NCBI GenBank assembly: GCA_963786935.1
Contig: CAWBAN010000001.1
Span: 960,001-1,024,000, forward strand
Length of the DNA: 64,000 nucleotides
Direction: 5' to 3'
Source: an uncultured bacterium
Lineage (GTDB): Bacteria > Krumholzibacteriota > Krumholzibacteriia > Krumholzibacteriales > Krumholzibacteriaceae
The translations under genes were made by a program, and so were the position numbers. Positions 1 through 10,598 of this stretch are shown in pieces. The notes under the pieces are model-generated. The model did no database searches and had not been told where the DNA came from. It saw nothing but the letters and a program-made list of their open reading frames with translations. How positions within the stretch are numbered: the stretch's first letter is position 1; each line of letters begins with the position of its first letter.

Positions 1-446
1 GCCTTGCAGAGCCGCACGCCGTCGATGATCGAGGCGTGGTTGAGGGCGTCGGAGATGACGGCGTCCTCCTCCCCGAGCACCACCTCGAACAGGCCGCCGT
101 TCGCGTCGAAGCACGAGGAATAGAGAATCGCGTCGTCGGTCCCGAAGAACTCCGAGATCTTGCGCTCGAGCCGCTTGTGGATGTCCTGCGTCCCGCAGAT
201 GAACCGCACCGACGAGAGCCCGAAGCCGTGGGTCCGCATCGCCTCGCACGCCGCGGCGGCGAGCTCCGCGCTGTTGGAGAGCCCGAGATAGTTGTTCGCG
301 CAGAAGTTGAGGACCTCCTGCCCCGACTCCACCCTGATCGCGGGGCGCTGCTCGGTGACGATGATCCGCTCCGTCTTGAAGAGCCCCGCGTCCCTGATCT
401 CCTGAAGCGTCGCCTGCAGCTCTTTTTTCAGCTTATCCGAGTACAT
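1..446 (-). CDS. kbl: Glycine C-acetyltransferase (2-amino-3-ketobutyrate CoA ligase), 5' part; runs off the window
   Basis: Not in ORF track. Manual translation from ATG at 446 gives [10 protein letters not shown]...[13 protein letters not shown]...[14 protein letters not shown]...[10 protein letters not shown]...[17 protein letters not shown], typical Kbl motifs. Adjacent to threonine dehydrogenase. Confidence 0.95.
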   Translation of the reverse strand, partial: MYSDKLKKELQATLQEIRDAGLFKTERIIVTEQRPAIRVESGQEVLNFCANNYLGLSNSAELAAAACEAMRTHGFGLSSVRFICGTQDIHKRLERKISEFFGTDDAILYSSCFDANGGLFEVVLGEEDAVISDALNHASIIDGVRLCK

Positions 447-468
447 CGATTCCTCTCTTCGTGCGAGT

Positions 469-1449
469 TTACACGAGCAGCCCTTGCTCGTGCCGTTTCC
501 CGAGCACCGCGATCATATCCGCCGCCATCGCCGCGAGATCGTAGTCGGGGCGCCAATCCCACTCGTCCCGCGCGGCGCTGTCGTCCATGTAGTTCGGCCA
601 CGAGTCGGCGATCCGCTGCCGCATCGGATCGACGCGGTACTCCATGGTGAATTCGGGAATGTGCTTCTTGATCTCCGCCTCGAGCATTTCGGGGGTGAAA
701 TGCATCGCGGTGACGTTGAAGGAATTCCGGTGCTTCAACCGCGCCTGATCGGCCTCCATGACCCCGATGGCCGCCTTGATCGCGTCCGGCATGTACATCA
801 TGTCGAGCGAGGTGCCCTGCTTGAGGAAGCAGGTGTACTTCCGCCTCTTGATCGCCTCGTAGAAGATCTCCACCGCGTAATCGGTCGTCCCGCCTCCGGG
901 GAGCGTGCCGTTCGAGATGATCCCCGGGAAGCGGACCCCGCGCGCATCGACGCCGAAGCGCTTGAAGTAGTAGTCGCAGAGCAGCTCCCCCGACACTTTC
1001 GTCACGCCGTACATCGATTCGGGCCGCTGGATCGTGTCCTGAGGCGTTCCGTCCTGCGGCGTCGAGGGGCCGAAGGCGCCGATGGAGCTCGGGAAGAAGA
1101 TGCAGCACTGGTTCGCCCGCGCGGCGTCGAGGACGTTGAGGAGACCGCCCATGTTGATGTCCCATCCCTCGCGCGGCTTCCGCTCGGCCACCGCGGAGAG
1201 CAGCGCGGCGAGATGGTAGATCGTGTTGACCCGGTACTTCTGCACGACCTCATCGACCATCTCGGGCTTGAGCACGTCGAGCAGGGCGAACGGCACATCC
1301 CCGGACAGCTTCTTCTTGGCGTCGGGCTGGATGTCGGTCGCGATCACGTTTTCGGCGCCGTACCGCTCCTTGAGACCGATGGTCAGCTCCGAGCCGATCT
1401 GTCCGAGGGCCCCGGTGACGAGGACTCTGCGTGTTGTCTGTGTGCCCAT
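469..1449 (-). CDS. tdh: L-threonine 3-dehydrogenase, SDR/NAD-dependent epimerase type
   Basis: GALGQIG Rossmann motif, YGVTK catalytic motif, [13 protein letters not shown] signature; directly upstream of kbl. Start placed at ATG 1449. Confidence 0.88.
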   Translation of the reverse strand: MGTQTTRRVLVTGALGQIGSELTIGLKERYGAENVIATDIQPDAKKKLSGDVPFALLDVLKPEMVDEVVQKYRVNTIYHLAALLSAVAERKPREGWDINMGGLLNVLDAARANQCCIFFPSSIGAFGPSTPQDGTPQDTIQRPESMYGVTKVSGELLCDYYFKRFGVDARGVRFPGIISNGTLPGGGTTDYAVEIFYEAIKRRKYTCFLKQGTSLDMMYMPDAIKAAIGVMEADQARLKHRNSFNVTAMHFTPEMLEAEIKKHIPEFTMEYRVDPMRQRIADSWPNYMDDSAARDEWDWRPDYDLAAMAADMIAVLGKRHEQGLLV

Positions 1450-1453
1450 ACCG

Positions 1454-3562
1454 TTACTTTGCACCCCCTGCTTTGACGATCGTGAGAGCCTTCTCGGCCG
1501 CCGCGAGGAGCGCTTCGGCCCCGACGGGCGAACCGGTCGCGTTCTTCATCCACAGATCGGGAGCGACGCTGCCGAAGATCGCCATGCGCTCGAACTCGGG
1601 CCCCACGCTCCCGGCCTCTTCCATGCGCGCTTCGATCTGGTTCGCAATGAGGTGCCCGATCGGGTAATCGGGCAGGTAGAGGTACGAATCGATCATATGC
1701 GAGTAGATCCCGAGCAGCATGACGTCCTTCGCCTTGAAGACGGTCGCGAAGTACCTGTTCCAGACATCCTTCGAAATGTTGATCACGGCGTCCTTGAGCT
1801 CCGCCGGAGTCGCGTCCGGATGATCGTACATCCAGCGCCAGACCTCCATGTCGACGAGCGACACGGCCGAGATTTCGAAGGCCCCCCAGAAATCGTTCAG
1901 CGTCTTGAGCGCGGCGGCCGTTTCGTCCCCCTTCACGTCGAGCCCGAGGATCTCGAGATCGCGCGATTGGAAGACGAACGCGAAGCCTTCGGTGAACGCC
2001 GTGTTCGGCACGCCCTGCAGGAGCGCGTAATCGACGTCGTTGAGCGAGAGCACCTGCTCGACGTTGTGCCCGAGCTCATGCACGGCGATGTTGAAGCCCT
2101 TGTAATCCATGCCGGTCTTCCCGACGCGCGTGCGCAGGTGCGCCGTCGCGCCGCGCATGCCGCCGCCGGAGGCGTGCCCGGAGCCCCGCGCCGGATCGAC
2201 CGAGATGTACCGCGCGATGTACGCGGCGCGGTCGCCCGAGAACCCGAGCTTCACGAGGATGTTCGGGATGTCCTTCTCGAAGGCCGCGGGCGTCGGATAT
2301 TTCTCGGTAACGACCTTGTCGAGCTGCTCCTGCGAGTACGCGCTCCGCGCCCTGAATCCGTTATACCAGATATCGTACGGCTCGAGCTTCCGGTCGAGGC
2401 GCGATTCGATGAGCTTCGCCACTTTCGGCACGAGCGGCGACGACACGACCTGCACGAGCATCGCCTTTGCGCGCGCTTCGGGTATCTCGCGGTTCTCATC
2501 GAACCGGCGCGCGATGAGCGTCGGCGCCGTCGGCGAGTAGGGGTCGATGAGCCGGGACGCCTTGAACGTGCTGAGCAGGATGGCGTAGCGCGTATCCGGC
2601 TCGGGGCTGTTCGTCACTCCCGCCGCGGGGGGCGCATCCCCCTCATAGTCCTTCACCGCGGCCGGCTTCACCTCGTTCGTATAGGGATTCCAGTCGACTC
2701 CCGGATTGTCCACGACCGCCGCCGGAATCGTCTGCGTGATGATCCGTTCCATCACCTGGCGGATCATGCGCTGCTTGGCGGGGCCGTTCTTCCGGTCCTG
2801 ATAGTCGGCCTTGAGCTCGTCCCGAAGATTCCAGTGCGAAAGGAGCTTCATGCCGGCGGGGAACAGGCGCTTCCCCTTCGCGTCGACGAGGTGATGCATC
2901 CAGATGTTATAGCCGGAGATGTACCGGTCGGCCGCCGAGAAGGTCTTCGCCACCTCGAGGTTGACCTCGGCGGGAATGCGCTTGGAGAAACGCTGGGCGA
3001 GGCGCGCCTCGGCCCACTGCCGCCGCGTCCACCCCGTGCCGTCCGTGAGGCGCTGGTCGAGCGTCGTGAGCGGGAAGTTCAGGAGCACGACGAACGCGAT
3101 CTTGTTCTGGAAGAAATCGTCCAGCACGTGAGCCGAGGCGTCGTACCCGGCGAAGATCTCGTCCATGGGGAGCACCGGCCCGATATCGAGGTCGGTCTGC
3201 CACCGGAACTCGAGCCCGATCTCGTTCATGTGGCCGTTCAGCTTGTCGAGGAGCCGCTCGAACCGATTGAACATCTCGTCGCGCGTCTTCGCGTCGCCGG
3301 CGAAATTGAGGCGCACAAACTCCTCGAAAACGGCCGCGTCGCCGTCCTCGACGCGCCAGAAATTGGCGACCTGCTCCATGCCGCGGCGCGCGTTCGCGCG
3401 CACCGCGTCGCCGTACGTCGCGACGAGCTCGCGCTCGAGCTTCGCGATCGAACCCTGCATCCATGCGGGTGCTTCGGCCTGTGCATGCGCTCCGTTCATT
3501 CCGCACAGGATAACGGCAACCGCGACGAGAGCGCAAACAGCTTTTTCCCGTGAACCGCTCAT
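1454..3562 (-). CDS. Secreted putative zinc metallopeptidase (gluzincin, M3/M32-like)
   Basis: Signal peptide ending AHA; HELGH (HExxH) with a downstream E (FTEGFA) as likely third zinc ligand; 702 aa. Confidence 0.6.
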   Translation of the reverse strand: MSGSREKAVCALVAVAVILCGMNGAHAQAEAPAWMQGSIAKLERELVATYGDAVRANARRGMEQVANFWRVEDGDAAVFEEFVRLNFAGDAKTRDEMFNRFERLLDKLNGHMNEIGLEFRWQTDLDIGPVLPMDEIFAGYDASAHVLDDFFQNKIAFVVLLNFPLTTLDQRLTDGTGWTRRQWAEARLAQRFSKRIPAEVNLEVAKTFSAADRYISGYNIWMHHLVDAKGKRLFPAGMKLLSHWNLRDELKADYQDRKNGPAKQRMIRQVMERIITQTIPAAVVDNPGVDWNPYTNEVKPAAVKDYEGDAPPAAGVTNSPEPDTRYAILLSTFKASRLIDPYSPTAPTLIARRFDENREIPEARAKAMLVQVVSSPLVPKVAKLIESRLDRKLEPYDIWYNGFRARSAYSQEQLDKVVTEKYPTPAAFEKDIPNILVKLGFSGDRAAYIARYISVDPARGSGHASGGGMRGATAHLRTRVGKTGMDYKGFNIAVHELGHNVEQVLSLNDVDYALLQGVPNTAFTEGFAFVFQSRDLEILGLDVKGDETAAALKTLNDFWGAFEISAVSLVDMEVWRWMYDHPDATPAELKDAVINISKDVWNRYFATVFKAKDVMLLGIYSHMIDSYLYLPDYPIGHLIANQIEARMEEAGSVGPEFERMAIFGSVAPDLWMKNATGSPVGAEALLAAAEKALTIVKAGGAK

Positions 3563-3835
3563 CGCACGCTCCTTGCTCCTCGATGCGCCTTCGCGATTTT
3601 TCCGGCGTCCCGAACGGGGCGCCCTTGGAACATATCGGATAGAATTGCAGAACTCCTTCGCTTAGGCAAGGCAGAAAATCCAGCAGAAAGCGTGCCGAAT
3701 CGACGGTTTGGACCGGGAAGCGATCTTGACGGCGGGGCAGTCCGGTGGCAGCCTGCTCGCGGTGGTTTTCGGGTCCCGCGATGCTCGGCTGCGACCGGAA
3801 TCCAGCCCCGCGTAACCGATTTATTGGGTTGATGT

Positions 3836-3877
3836 TTGATAATAATGCTTGCAATTTAGTATAATATAGGGTAAACT
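3836..3877 (+). promoter_or_regulatory. Overlapping sigma70-type promoters for the 3945 gene
   Basis: TTGATA(3836)-18-TATAAT(3860) and TTGCAA(3849)-17-TAAACT(3872) in an AT-rich intergenic stretch. Confidence 0.55.
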
Positions 3878-3944
3878 ACTCATAGCGTAAATATTATTCA
3901 TCCCGAGGGAAGAAGAATCCCATATTTTATTCAGGGAGGGGAAC

Positions 3945-4532
3945 ATGAAGTCATTGCGGACAGTTGCTTTCTTCGCCGCTGCTTTTGTCCTTTTGGTCCT
4001 GCCGGTGGCCGTGTGGGCTATTGATACCGGTACCGCTCTTTTGACGAATGTGACGCCCGTCAACGGTGGATGCGTGTCCGGCCCGAACGGCCGCACCGTC
4101 GAGGCGTGGGACATCCAGCCCGGCTTTACCTACATCCTCACGATCTCGAACGTCACGGAGTGCGCCAACGGCGGCACGGACCCGACGCTCAACATGAGGA
4201 TCAACAGCTCGCAGCCGGGGTATGAATACACGGACCTCGTCGCGGTTTACGTTTCCCCCGGCGTCTATCAGCTGACTTTCACGCTGCCCGGGCATGCCTG
4301 GTGCACCCTGCCCATATATTACTGCACGACCCCCGGCGTCTATACCTCCGGAATTCTCGTGCGCCGGCATGACGGCGGGACCAATCCCCAGGGCGATCCC
4401 TACATGGCGCACCTGCGCGCTTCGTCGTGGGGTCCGGGGTGCACCAACCCGATTCCGATTCTCGGCCCCGAGTGCGGCGCGCTCGGCACCGAGGATTCGA
4501 ACTGGGGTGCGGTAAAAGCGATTTACCGGTAG
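3945..4532 (+). CDS. Secreted Cys-containing hypothetical protein with C-terminal NWGAVKAIYR tail
   Basis: GGAGG RBS, signal peptide (VWA), six Cys, tail shared with five other proteins in the window. Confidence 0.8.
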   Translation: MKSLRTVAFFAAAFVLLVLPVAVWAIDTGTALLTNVTPVNGGCVSGPNGRTVEAWDIQPGFTYILTISNVTECANGGTDPTLNMRINSSQPGYEYTDLVAVYVSPGVYQLTFTLPGHAWCTLPIYYCTTPGVYTSGILVRRHDGGTNPQGDPYMAHLRASSWGPGCTNPIPILGPECGALGTEDSNWGAVKAIYR

Positions 4533-4585
4533 GCGCCTCGATCGCCTCGGGCGATTGCGGGAGTCGCTTCACGCTCTTCGATTTT

Positions 4586-4623
4586 GAGAGGATGACCCGA
4601 ATGATCTTGAGGGTCATCCTCTC
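4586..4623 (+). terminator. Intrinsic terminator-like hairpin
   Basis: GAGAGGATGACCC...GGGTCATCCTCTC, 13-bp stem followed by GCTTTTAT, between convergent genes. Confidence 0.65.
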
Positions 4624-4650
4624 GCTTTTATGATCCGGAAGCGCCAGGGC

Positions 4651-5007
4651 TCAGCGGTTGGTCAGATAGGGTATTCCATGCGCCAGTCCCCAGAGAACGG
4701 CGGATACGGCCAATAATTTAATCACATACAAACGCCAGTGAATGACAGTGGCCGGCTCGCTATTCGACGTGAGCCCATTCAGCCGAGTAATATCAATGCG
4801 GCGAATGATGATAAGTCCTACGACGATCGCCCAGAAAACCACATCGATAAAAGAGAATGCATGTTTCTGAAAGATGAAAAACGAAAGCACGAACAACGCC
4901 AGGTTGCCTGCCATGAGCCAAAGCATGCGCACAATAAGCCCGCTGCAACCTATCGGCGCCGGCTCCGGTAAATTGTGCCCGGATTGATTCGGACTCGACA
5001 TAGCCAC
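4651..5007 (-). CDS. Small hypothetical membrane protein (about 3 TM segments)
   Basis: Hydrophobic segments, GGAGG upstream, lower GC than the flanks. Confidence 0.65.
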   Translation of the reverse strand: MAMSSPNQSGHNLPEPAPIGCSGLIVRMLWLMAGNLALFVLSFFIFQKHAFSFIDVVFWAIVVGLIIIRRIDITRLNGLTSNSEPATVIHWRLYVIKLLAVSAVLWGLAHGIPYLTNR

Positions 5008-5299
5008 CTCCCAAACAACGTCCGATGACGGACGCGGCTACGGAGCACGCTCAGCAATGCATCCAGTAGCTTTGTTTGGATGGCGGCCCGACCACCCGTT
5101 CAACCTCCGGTGGAGCGATCTCGATCCACCGAACCCTTCTGCAACGGGGCTCAAATCTCTTGTCGAAGGGATAATAGCATGAACCAGTCTGCGCTCAAAG
5201 CCAATTTCGAATGATGATCGAATCCCGGCGGGATTCAAACCTGCCAAATCACCGCGGCGTTCGCGGCAACATGATGCCCCTGCAGGCGCTTTATTGAAT

Positions 5300-5377
<78 letters not shown>

Positions 5378-5418
5378 GCCTGCGATTCGATGGAATCTAT
5401 CAATTGAGTCGGCGTGCG

Positions 5419-8235
5419 TCAACCGGAAAAGCCGCCCGAGGAACCGTTCGAGCCGTCGTCCTTTTCAGAATCGAAGAGCGATATCTGCCGCGTCCCCGCA
5501 CGCCCCTTGCCGGCGCGGGACAGACGCTGCGGATGGGGCCGGGGCGGCGGCGCCCCCTCGGCGCCGCGATAGAACGAATCGCAGAGATTCCTGAGGCTCT
5601 CCCGCGACATGCCCGATCCGTCGAACACGCCCGCCTCGACGAGCTCCATCGCGGCGCGCATCGAGAGACGGTCCTTCATCCTGACGAGAAACTCCTCAAG
5701 CGACGGGAAATCCCCCCGGTAGATCCGCTCCTCGACGATCGCGTCCCATTCCGCCTTCTCGAGCGGTATGACGGCGGTCAGCGGCGCCCTGATGACGCCG
5801 TCCTCGAACGAAAACGCGACGGCGTCCTCGTTGATGCCGGAGGGGAGCACGGGAACGCCCTTCGACTTCAGATATTCGAGGTATTTGGCGGTGCGGTCCT
5901 TGACGCCGAGATTGCTGTTGAGGAGCCCGGTGAAGTAGCGCTCGAGGCAGTGCGTCTTGAGAAAGGCCGTGCGGTAGCTCATCGAGGCCTGCGCGCAGCT
6001 GAGGGACTTGCTGTGCGTGAACGCGACGTGGTACAGGAGGAAATCGAAGATCCGCTGCGCCTCCTCCTCGTTGAGCCCCTTTTCCATGCAGCCCCGCACG
6101 AACGCGAGACGCGCCGAAACGATCTCGCCCGGATCCTTCAGCCAGAGCGCCCCCTCGACCATGATCGCGTCCTTCCCCCGCAGACCCGCCGCCTCATCGA
6201 GCACCTCCCGTATCTGCTCGCGGTAGAGGAGCACCCCCCTCGTGGGCGCGAGAATCGGTGCGAGCGAATGGTGCGGGAGAAACACCTTCCCCTTCTTCTC
6301 CGAGTTTTCGAGATATCGCTCCCAGAGCCTCCCCTCCATGGGCCCCGGCCGGTAGAGGGAAATGACGTTCACGAGCTCGTCGAAGGTCTCCGGTTTGATG
6401 CGGACGAGGTGATCGCGGATTCCCTGGCTCTCGAGCAGATAAACCCCGGTCGTTTCGCCCGACGACACAAGCGCGTAGACGCGCGGGTCGTCGAGGGCCT
6501 TCGGCGTCCATCGCTTTCTTCCCGAGCCCGCGAAGAGGCTCGCCGGCGCGGACGAGCCCTCCTCGCTCCGGATCGATTCGATCGTTTTCTGGATTGCCGA
6601 GAGGAAATGGGAGTGCTGCGCGCCGATAATCCACCCCCCCGCGGCCTCGATCGCGGAGGTTCCGAGCTGGGCGAAACGCTCCCCCGCCGCGTTCGTCGTA
6701 ACCGAGTAAAAGCCGTCGATCTCCCGCGGCACGATGACGAATCTCGACGTATCGAGCGTGAAATGGAGAATCTTCCCTTGGAGCGGATACGCGGCGTAGA
6801 GAACGCTCTTCGCCGCGGGCTCGGCGTTGCACAGGCGCCGCGCGGCCTCCGAGCCCTCGAGGAGAGACGCGAGGCTCCGGTGACGCTTCTCGAAGGAGAG
6901 GATGCGGAAGAGCTCTTCGCGAAGCTCGGGCGGCGTTCCGAGGATCTCCGCGATCTCCTTCGCGATCGTCACGACGGACATCTCCTCCTGCGCGATCTGG
7001 AAGCACGGAGAGAAGTCGGGGATGAGCGCGGCGATCACGGCCGCGAGCCGGTCTTTCTGCGGATCGGACACCATGAGCTCCACGGGCGGTATCGATCCGC
7101 GCCTCGAATGGGAGAACGATTCGAACATGAGCTCGTGATCGACGGGATTGAGCGGGCTGATATCGAGAAGATAGGCGACGACGCTCTCGAGAAGATCGCT
7201 CCCCATGAGCTCGATCCAGATCCCGCGCGCGTACGCGCTCAGGAACAGCTCCCGGAGAAATATGAGGAAATCGCCGATCCGCTCCTCGCGGGCCGCGGCG
7301 AGCTCCCGCTCCATGGCGCGGTGCAGAAACATGCGTTCGTCCGCCGGCCGGTTGTGAAACGCGAGCTGGAAACGCCGGCGGCACATGTCGGCGAGCGATT
7401 CGTCGGCGTTCGGCGCGCCGGCGAGCGTGACGCGCCCCGAACGGGCGAGATCGACCGCGCAGCGTTCGGCGATCTCCCCCGACCGGTCGAGCGCATCGCG
7501 CGTGTCCGCGAACAGCGGGGCGAGATCGCGCTCCCGCTTGAGATAGTATTCCTGAACGGGATCCTCGGGCTCCGGCTCCCCCTTCTTCCGCGAGAGCCGC
7601 CGCGCGAGCCGGAACGATTCGACGTCCTCCTTCAGCAGGAAGCGGTCGTTGTTCGTCGCGACGAGCGGGACGAGCGTCTTCGCCGAGAGGACGCGGAGCT
7701 GCTCGGAGACGAGATCCTCCTCGGGGCGCAGATGGTTCATGATCTCGATGAATACGTTCGACGGGCCGAAGATCTCCACGAGCCGGTGAACGACGTCGCG
7801 CGCGCGGCCGATATTCCCGTGGAGAACGGCCTGGCTCGCCTCGCCCCTGAGACAGCCGGTGAGCGCGATGAGCCCCGAGCGGCGGCTTTCGAGATCCGCG
7901 CTCGAGACGGGCGTCTCCTTCTCCCGCGTCGACTGCCGCGAAACGAGGGCGCAGAGGTTTCGGTAGCCCTCGTCGTTTTCGGCGAGGATCGTCAGATGGA
8001 ACAGTCCGCTCGAGCCGGCGAGCGGCGCATGCAGGATCTCGGCGCCGAAAACCGGCTTGACGCCGGCCTTGCGCGCCGCGTCGAAGAACTCGAAATGCCC
8101 GTGGGTCGAGCGATGGTCGGTGAGCGCCACGGCCCCGAACCCGAGAAACGAGGCCCGCGAGATGAGATCCCGGATTCCGATGATCCCCTCGGAGCCGCTG
8201 AATACGCTATGTACGTGAAGCGGAACATACGGCAT
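5419..8235 (-). CDS. DNA polymerase III alpha (DnaE)-like protein, predicted catalytically inactive
   Basis: PHP start LHVHS...ALTDH...GAE; fingers DDPRVY...ESQGI...LYRPGPM; palm PDxDxD replaced by PPVELM; no OB fold; QISLF near the C-terminus. Start placed at ATG 8235 (MPYVPLHVHS). Confidence 0.85.
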   Translation of the reverse strand: MPYVPLHVHSVFSGSEGIIGIRDLISRASFLGFGAVALTDHRSTHGHFEFFDAARKAGVKPVFGAEILHAPLAGSSGLFHLTILAENDEGYRNLCALVSRQSTREKETPVSSADLESRRSGLIALTGCLRGEASQAVLHGNIGRARDVVHRLVEIFGPSNVFIEIMNHLRPEEDLVSEQLRVLSAKTLVPLVATNNDRFLLKEDVESFRLARRLSRKKGEPEPEDPVQEYYLKRERDLAPLFADTRDALDRSGEIAERCAVDLARSGRVTLAGAPNADESLADMCRRRFQLAFHNRPADERMFLHRAMERELAAAREERIGDFLIFLRELFLSAYARGIWIELMGSDLLESVVAYLLDISPLNPVDHELMFESFSHSRRGSIPPVELMVSDPQKDRLAAVIAALIPDFSPCFQIAQEEMSVVTIAKEIAEILGTPPELREELFRILSFEKRHRSLASLLEGSEAARRLCNAEPAAKSVLYAAYPLQGKILHFTLDTSRFVIVPREIDGFYSVTTNAAGERFAQLGTSAIEAAGGWIIGAQHSHFLSAIQKTIESIRSEEGSSAPASLFAGSGRKRWTPKALDDPRVYALVSSGETTGVYLLESQGIRDHLVRIKPETFDELVNVISLYRPGPMEGRLWERYLENSEKKGKVFLPHHSLAPILAPTRGVLLYREQIREVLDEAAGLRGKDAIMVEGALWLKDPGEIVSARLAFVRGCMEKGLNEEEAQRIFDFLLYHVAFTHSKSLSCAQASMSYRTAFLKTHCLERYFTGLLNSNLGVKDRTAKYLEYLKSKGVPVLPSGINEDAVAFSFEDGVIRAPLTAVIPLEKAEWDAIVEERIYRGDFPSLEEFLVRMKDRLSMRAAMELVEAGVFDGSGMSRESLRNLCDSFYRGAEGAPPPRPHPQRLSRAGKGRAGTRQISLFDSEKDDGSNGSSGGFSG

Positions 8236-8402
8236 GTCGCATCGCTCCGGAAGCCCCCCGGCACCAGAGTACCGGACATTCGCCGGGGCTGCAAGCCCAT
8301 TCCGGCGTATCATAATTGTTTGAAAAGTGCAATCCGGCGGCGTACAATGGGCTCGGCTCATTCCGGACCGTCCGACGGTGAACGCGCAAGGGGGGAAACG
8401 CC

Positions 8403-9710
8403 GTGGCAGATCCTGAGAAGAACTCGGAAATCGACCGCCTCGCGAGGGAGAACACGCGTCTCAGATCGGCGGTGGACGAGCTTTCCATTCTCAACGACAT
8501 CGCGACCGCCGTGAGCTCCGCCTCCTCGCTCGAGCGCACGATCGAGCTCATCGTCCACAAATGCATCAAGCACCTCAAGGTCGAGCAGGCGACGATCACG
8601 CTCCTCGACACGGCGCGCGTCGGGACCCCGTTCCACACGATCATTCGCGGGGCCGACACCTCGAGCGAGATTCTCCCCTACCGCCTCGACGCCGAGCTCA
8701 CCGGCTGGATGCTCAAGCACCAGAAGCCGCTCGTCGTCAACGACCTGAAGAAGGACGACCGCTTCCAGGCGACCGACCGCGACGTGTGCGCCGTGCGCTC
8801 GCTTTTGAGCGTCCCCCTCGTGCTCAAGGGACGGATGATCGGGCTCCTCAACCTGTTCAACAAGCGCACGGGAGACGACTTCACCGAAGCGGACGCGAGG
8901 CTCCTCGGGATCATCGCCACGCAATCAGCGCAGGTGATCGAGCACGCGCGGCTCTTCGCCGAGGAGCAGGCGCTCAAATTGATGCAGGAGGAGATGAAGC
9001 GCGCGTACGAGATACAGATAAGCCTGCTCCCGAAGGAACCGCCGCGGTTCCAGGGGTACGACATCGCCGGCGCGAGCATCCCGGCGAAAGCGGTGGGCGG
9101 CGATTACTTCGATTTCATCGGTCTCGACGATCGCCGCATCGGGCTCTGCCTCGGTGACGTTTCGGGCAAGGGGATGCCCGCCGCCCTCCTCATGGCGAAT
9201 CTCCAGGCGACGCTCCGCGGCCAGGCCATCATCGATCCGTCGCCGGCCGCGTGCCTCAACCGCTCGAACTTGCTCCTCTTCCGCAGCACCGACGCTGACA
9301 AGTTCGCCACGCTCGTCTACGGCGTGCTCGATCGCGAATCGAACCGGCTCGTGTACGCGAACGCGGGGCATAACTATCCGCTCCTGCTCGAGCCGGGCGG
9401 GGAGCCCCGGCGGCTCGAGCTCGGGGGCCTCGTGCTCGGGTGTCTCGAGGACTTCTGCTACACCGAGGGGCTCGTCGAGTTCGACCCCGGCGACACGCTC
9501 CTCGTCTATTCGGACGGGATCACCGAGTCGATCGACGCCCGCGACGAGGAGTTCGGCGAGGGGCGCCTCGCCGCGCTTTTGCGGGCGCACGGCGCGGAGC
9601 CGGCCTCCCGCCTCATCGAGCGGATCGTCGCCGCCGTGCGGGCGCACGCCGGGGAGCTCGCGCAGATGGACGACATGACCCTCCTCGTGATCAGGAGAAT
9701 CGCCTCGTGA
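8403..9710 (+). CDS. GAF-domain PP2C/SpoIIE (RsbU-like) serine phosphatase
   Basis: GAF region, then GGDYFD, GDVSGKG, NAGH, SDGITE, DDMT motifs. Confidence 0.92.
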   Translation: MADPEKNSEIDRLARENTRLRSAVDELSILNDIATAVSSASSLERTIELIVHKCIKHLKVEQATITLLDTARVGTPFHTIIRGADTSSEILPYRLDAELTGWMLKHQKPLVVNDLKKDDRFQATDRDVCAVRSLLSVPLVLKGRMIGLLNLFNKRTGDDFTEADARLLGIIATQSAQVIEHARLFAEEQALKLMQEEMKRAYEIQISLLPKEPPRFQGYDIAGASIPAKAVGGDYFDFIGLDDRRIGLCLGDVSGKGMPAALLMANLQATLRGQAIIDPSPAACLNRSNLLLFRSTDADKFATLVYGVLDRESNRLVYANAGHNYPLLLEPGGEPRRLELGGLVLGCLEDFCYTEGLVEFDPGDTLLVYSDGITESIDARDEEFGEGRLAALLRAHGAEPASRLIERIVAAVRAHAGELAQMDDMTLLVIRRIAS

Positions 9711-9748
9711 CGGTTCGCGCGCGAACGGCTTTGCGCCGGAGGCAGCCG

Positions 9749-10549
9749 ATGATCGCCCGGTTGAAAACGAAGCTCTACGAAGTTCTCGAAACGAACGCGG
9801 GCGGGCTCGCGGGACGGATCGTCGACGCGCTCCTCATCGTTCTCATCGTGAGCAACGTCGTCCTCGCGATCTTGCATACCATGCCGAGCCTCGCCGCCCG
9901 CTACCGCACGTTCTTCTGGCGTTTCGAGCTCCTCTCCGTGATCGTGTTCTCGATCGAATACGTCCTCCGGATGTGGACCTGCACGGAAAACCCGTCGTAC
10001 CGGCGCCCCGTTCTCGGACGGATCAAATATTTCTTCTCCGCATTCGCCATCATCGACCTCATCGCGATAGCGCCGTTCATCCTGCCGATGATCATACCGG
10101 TCGATCTCATCTTCATGCGAGTCATCCGCCTCTTGAGGCTCCTGCGCCTCCTCAAGCTCGGACGATACTCCGAATCGATCAGAATGATGGGGAGCATCCT
10201 GAAGGCGAAGAAAGAGGAGATGGTCGTATCGCTCACGATGTCGATTATTCTCCTCCTCATCGCGTCGGGGCTCATGTACTTCATCGAGGGGGCCGCGCAG
10301 CCCGCGGTGTTCTCGAGCATCCCCGCCGCGATGTGGTGGGGCGCCATGACCATGACGACCGTCGGATACGGAGACGTCTATCCCGTCACGCCGGCGGGAA
10401 AAGTGCTTGCCGGCGTCATCGCGCTCCTCGGCATCAGCCTGTTCATTCTCCCGGCGAGCATCATCGCGGCGAGCTACGCCGCGGAGATTCAGAAGAAGAA
10501 GAGGGGCGATCGCGCCGTTTGTCCGAAATGCGGAAACATCATTACCTGA
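9749..10549 (+). CDS. Voltage-gated potassium channel family ion transporter
   Basis: S4-like RVIRLLRLLRLLK, TTVGYGD selectivity filter, C-terminal CPKCG; start at ATG 9749 after GGAGG. Confidence 0.92.
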   Translation: MIARLKTKLYEVLETNAGGLAGRIVDALLIVLIVSNVVLAILHTMPSLAARYRTFFWRFELLSVIVFSIEYVLRMWTCTENPSYRRPVLGRIKYFFSAFAIIDLIAIAPFILPMIIPVDLIFMRVIRLLRLLRLLKLGRYSESIRMMGSILKAKKEEMVVSLTMSIILLLIASGLMYFIEGAAQPAVFSSIPAAMWWGAMTMTTVGYGDVYPVTPAGKVLAGVIALLGISLFILPASIIAASYAAEIQKKKRGDRAVCPKCGNIIT

Positions 10550-10598
10550 GCCGGCCGCCGGACGCCGTCCGGCGCGCGTGCGCGAGAGGAGGCCAGCG

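Noticed and set aside
5038..5247. 69-aa ORF next to tRNA-Glu as a possible integrase remnant
   Set aside because: No recognisable recombinase motif or RBS; cannot be supported.
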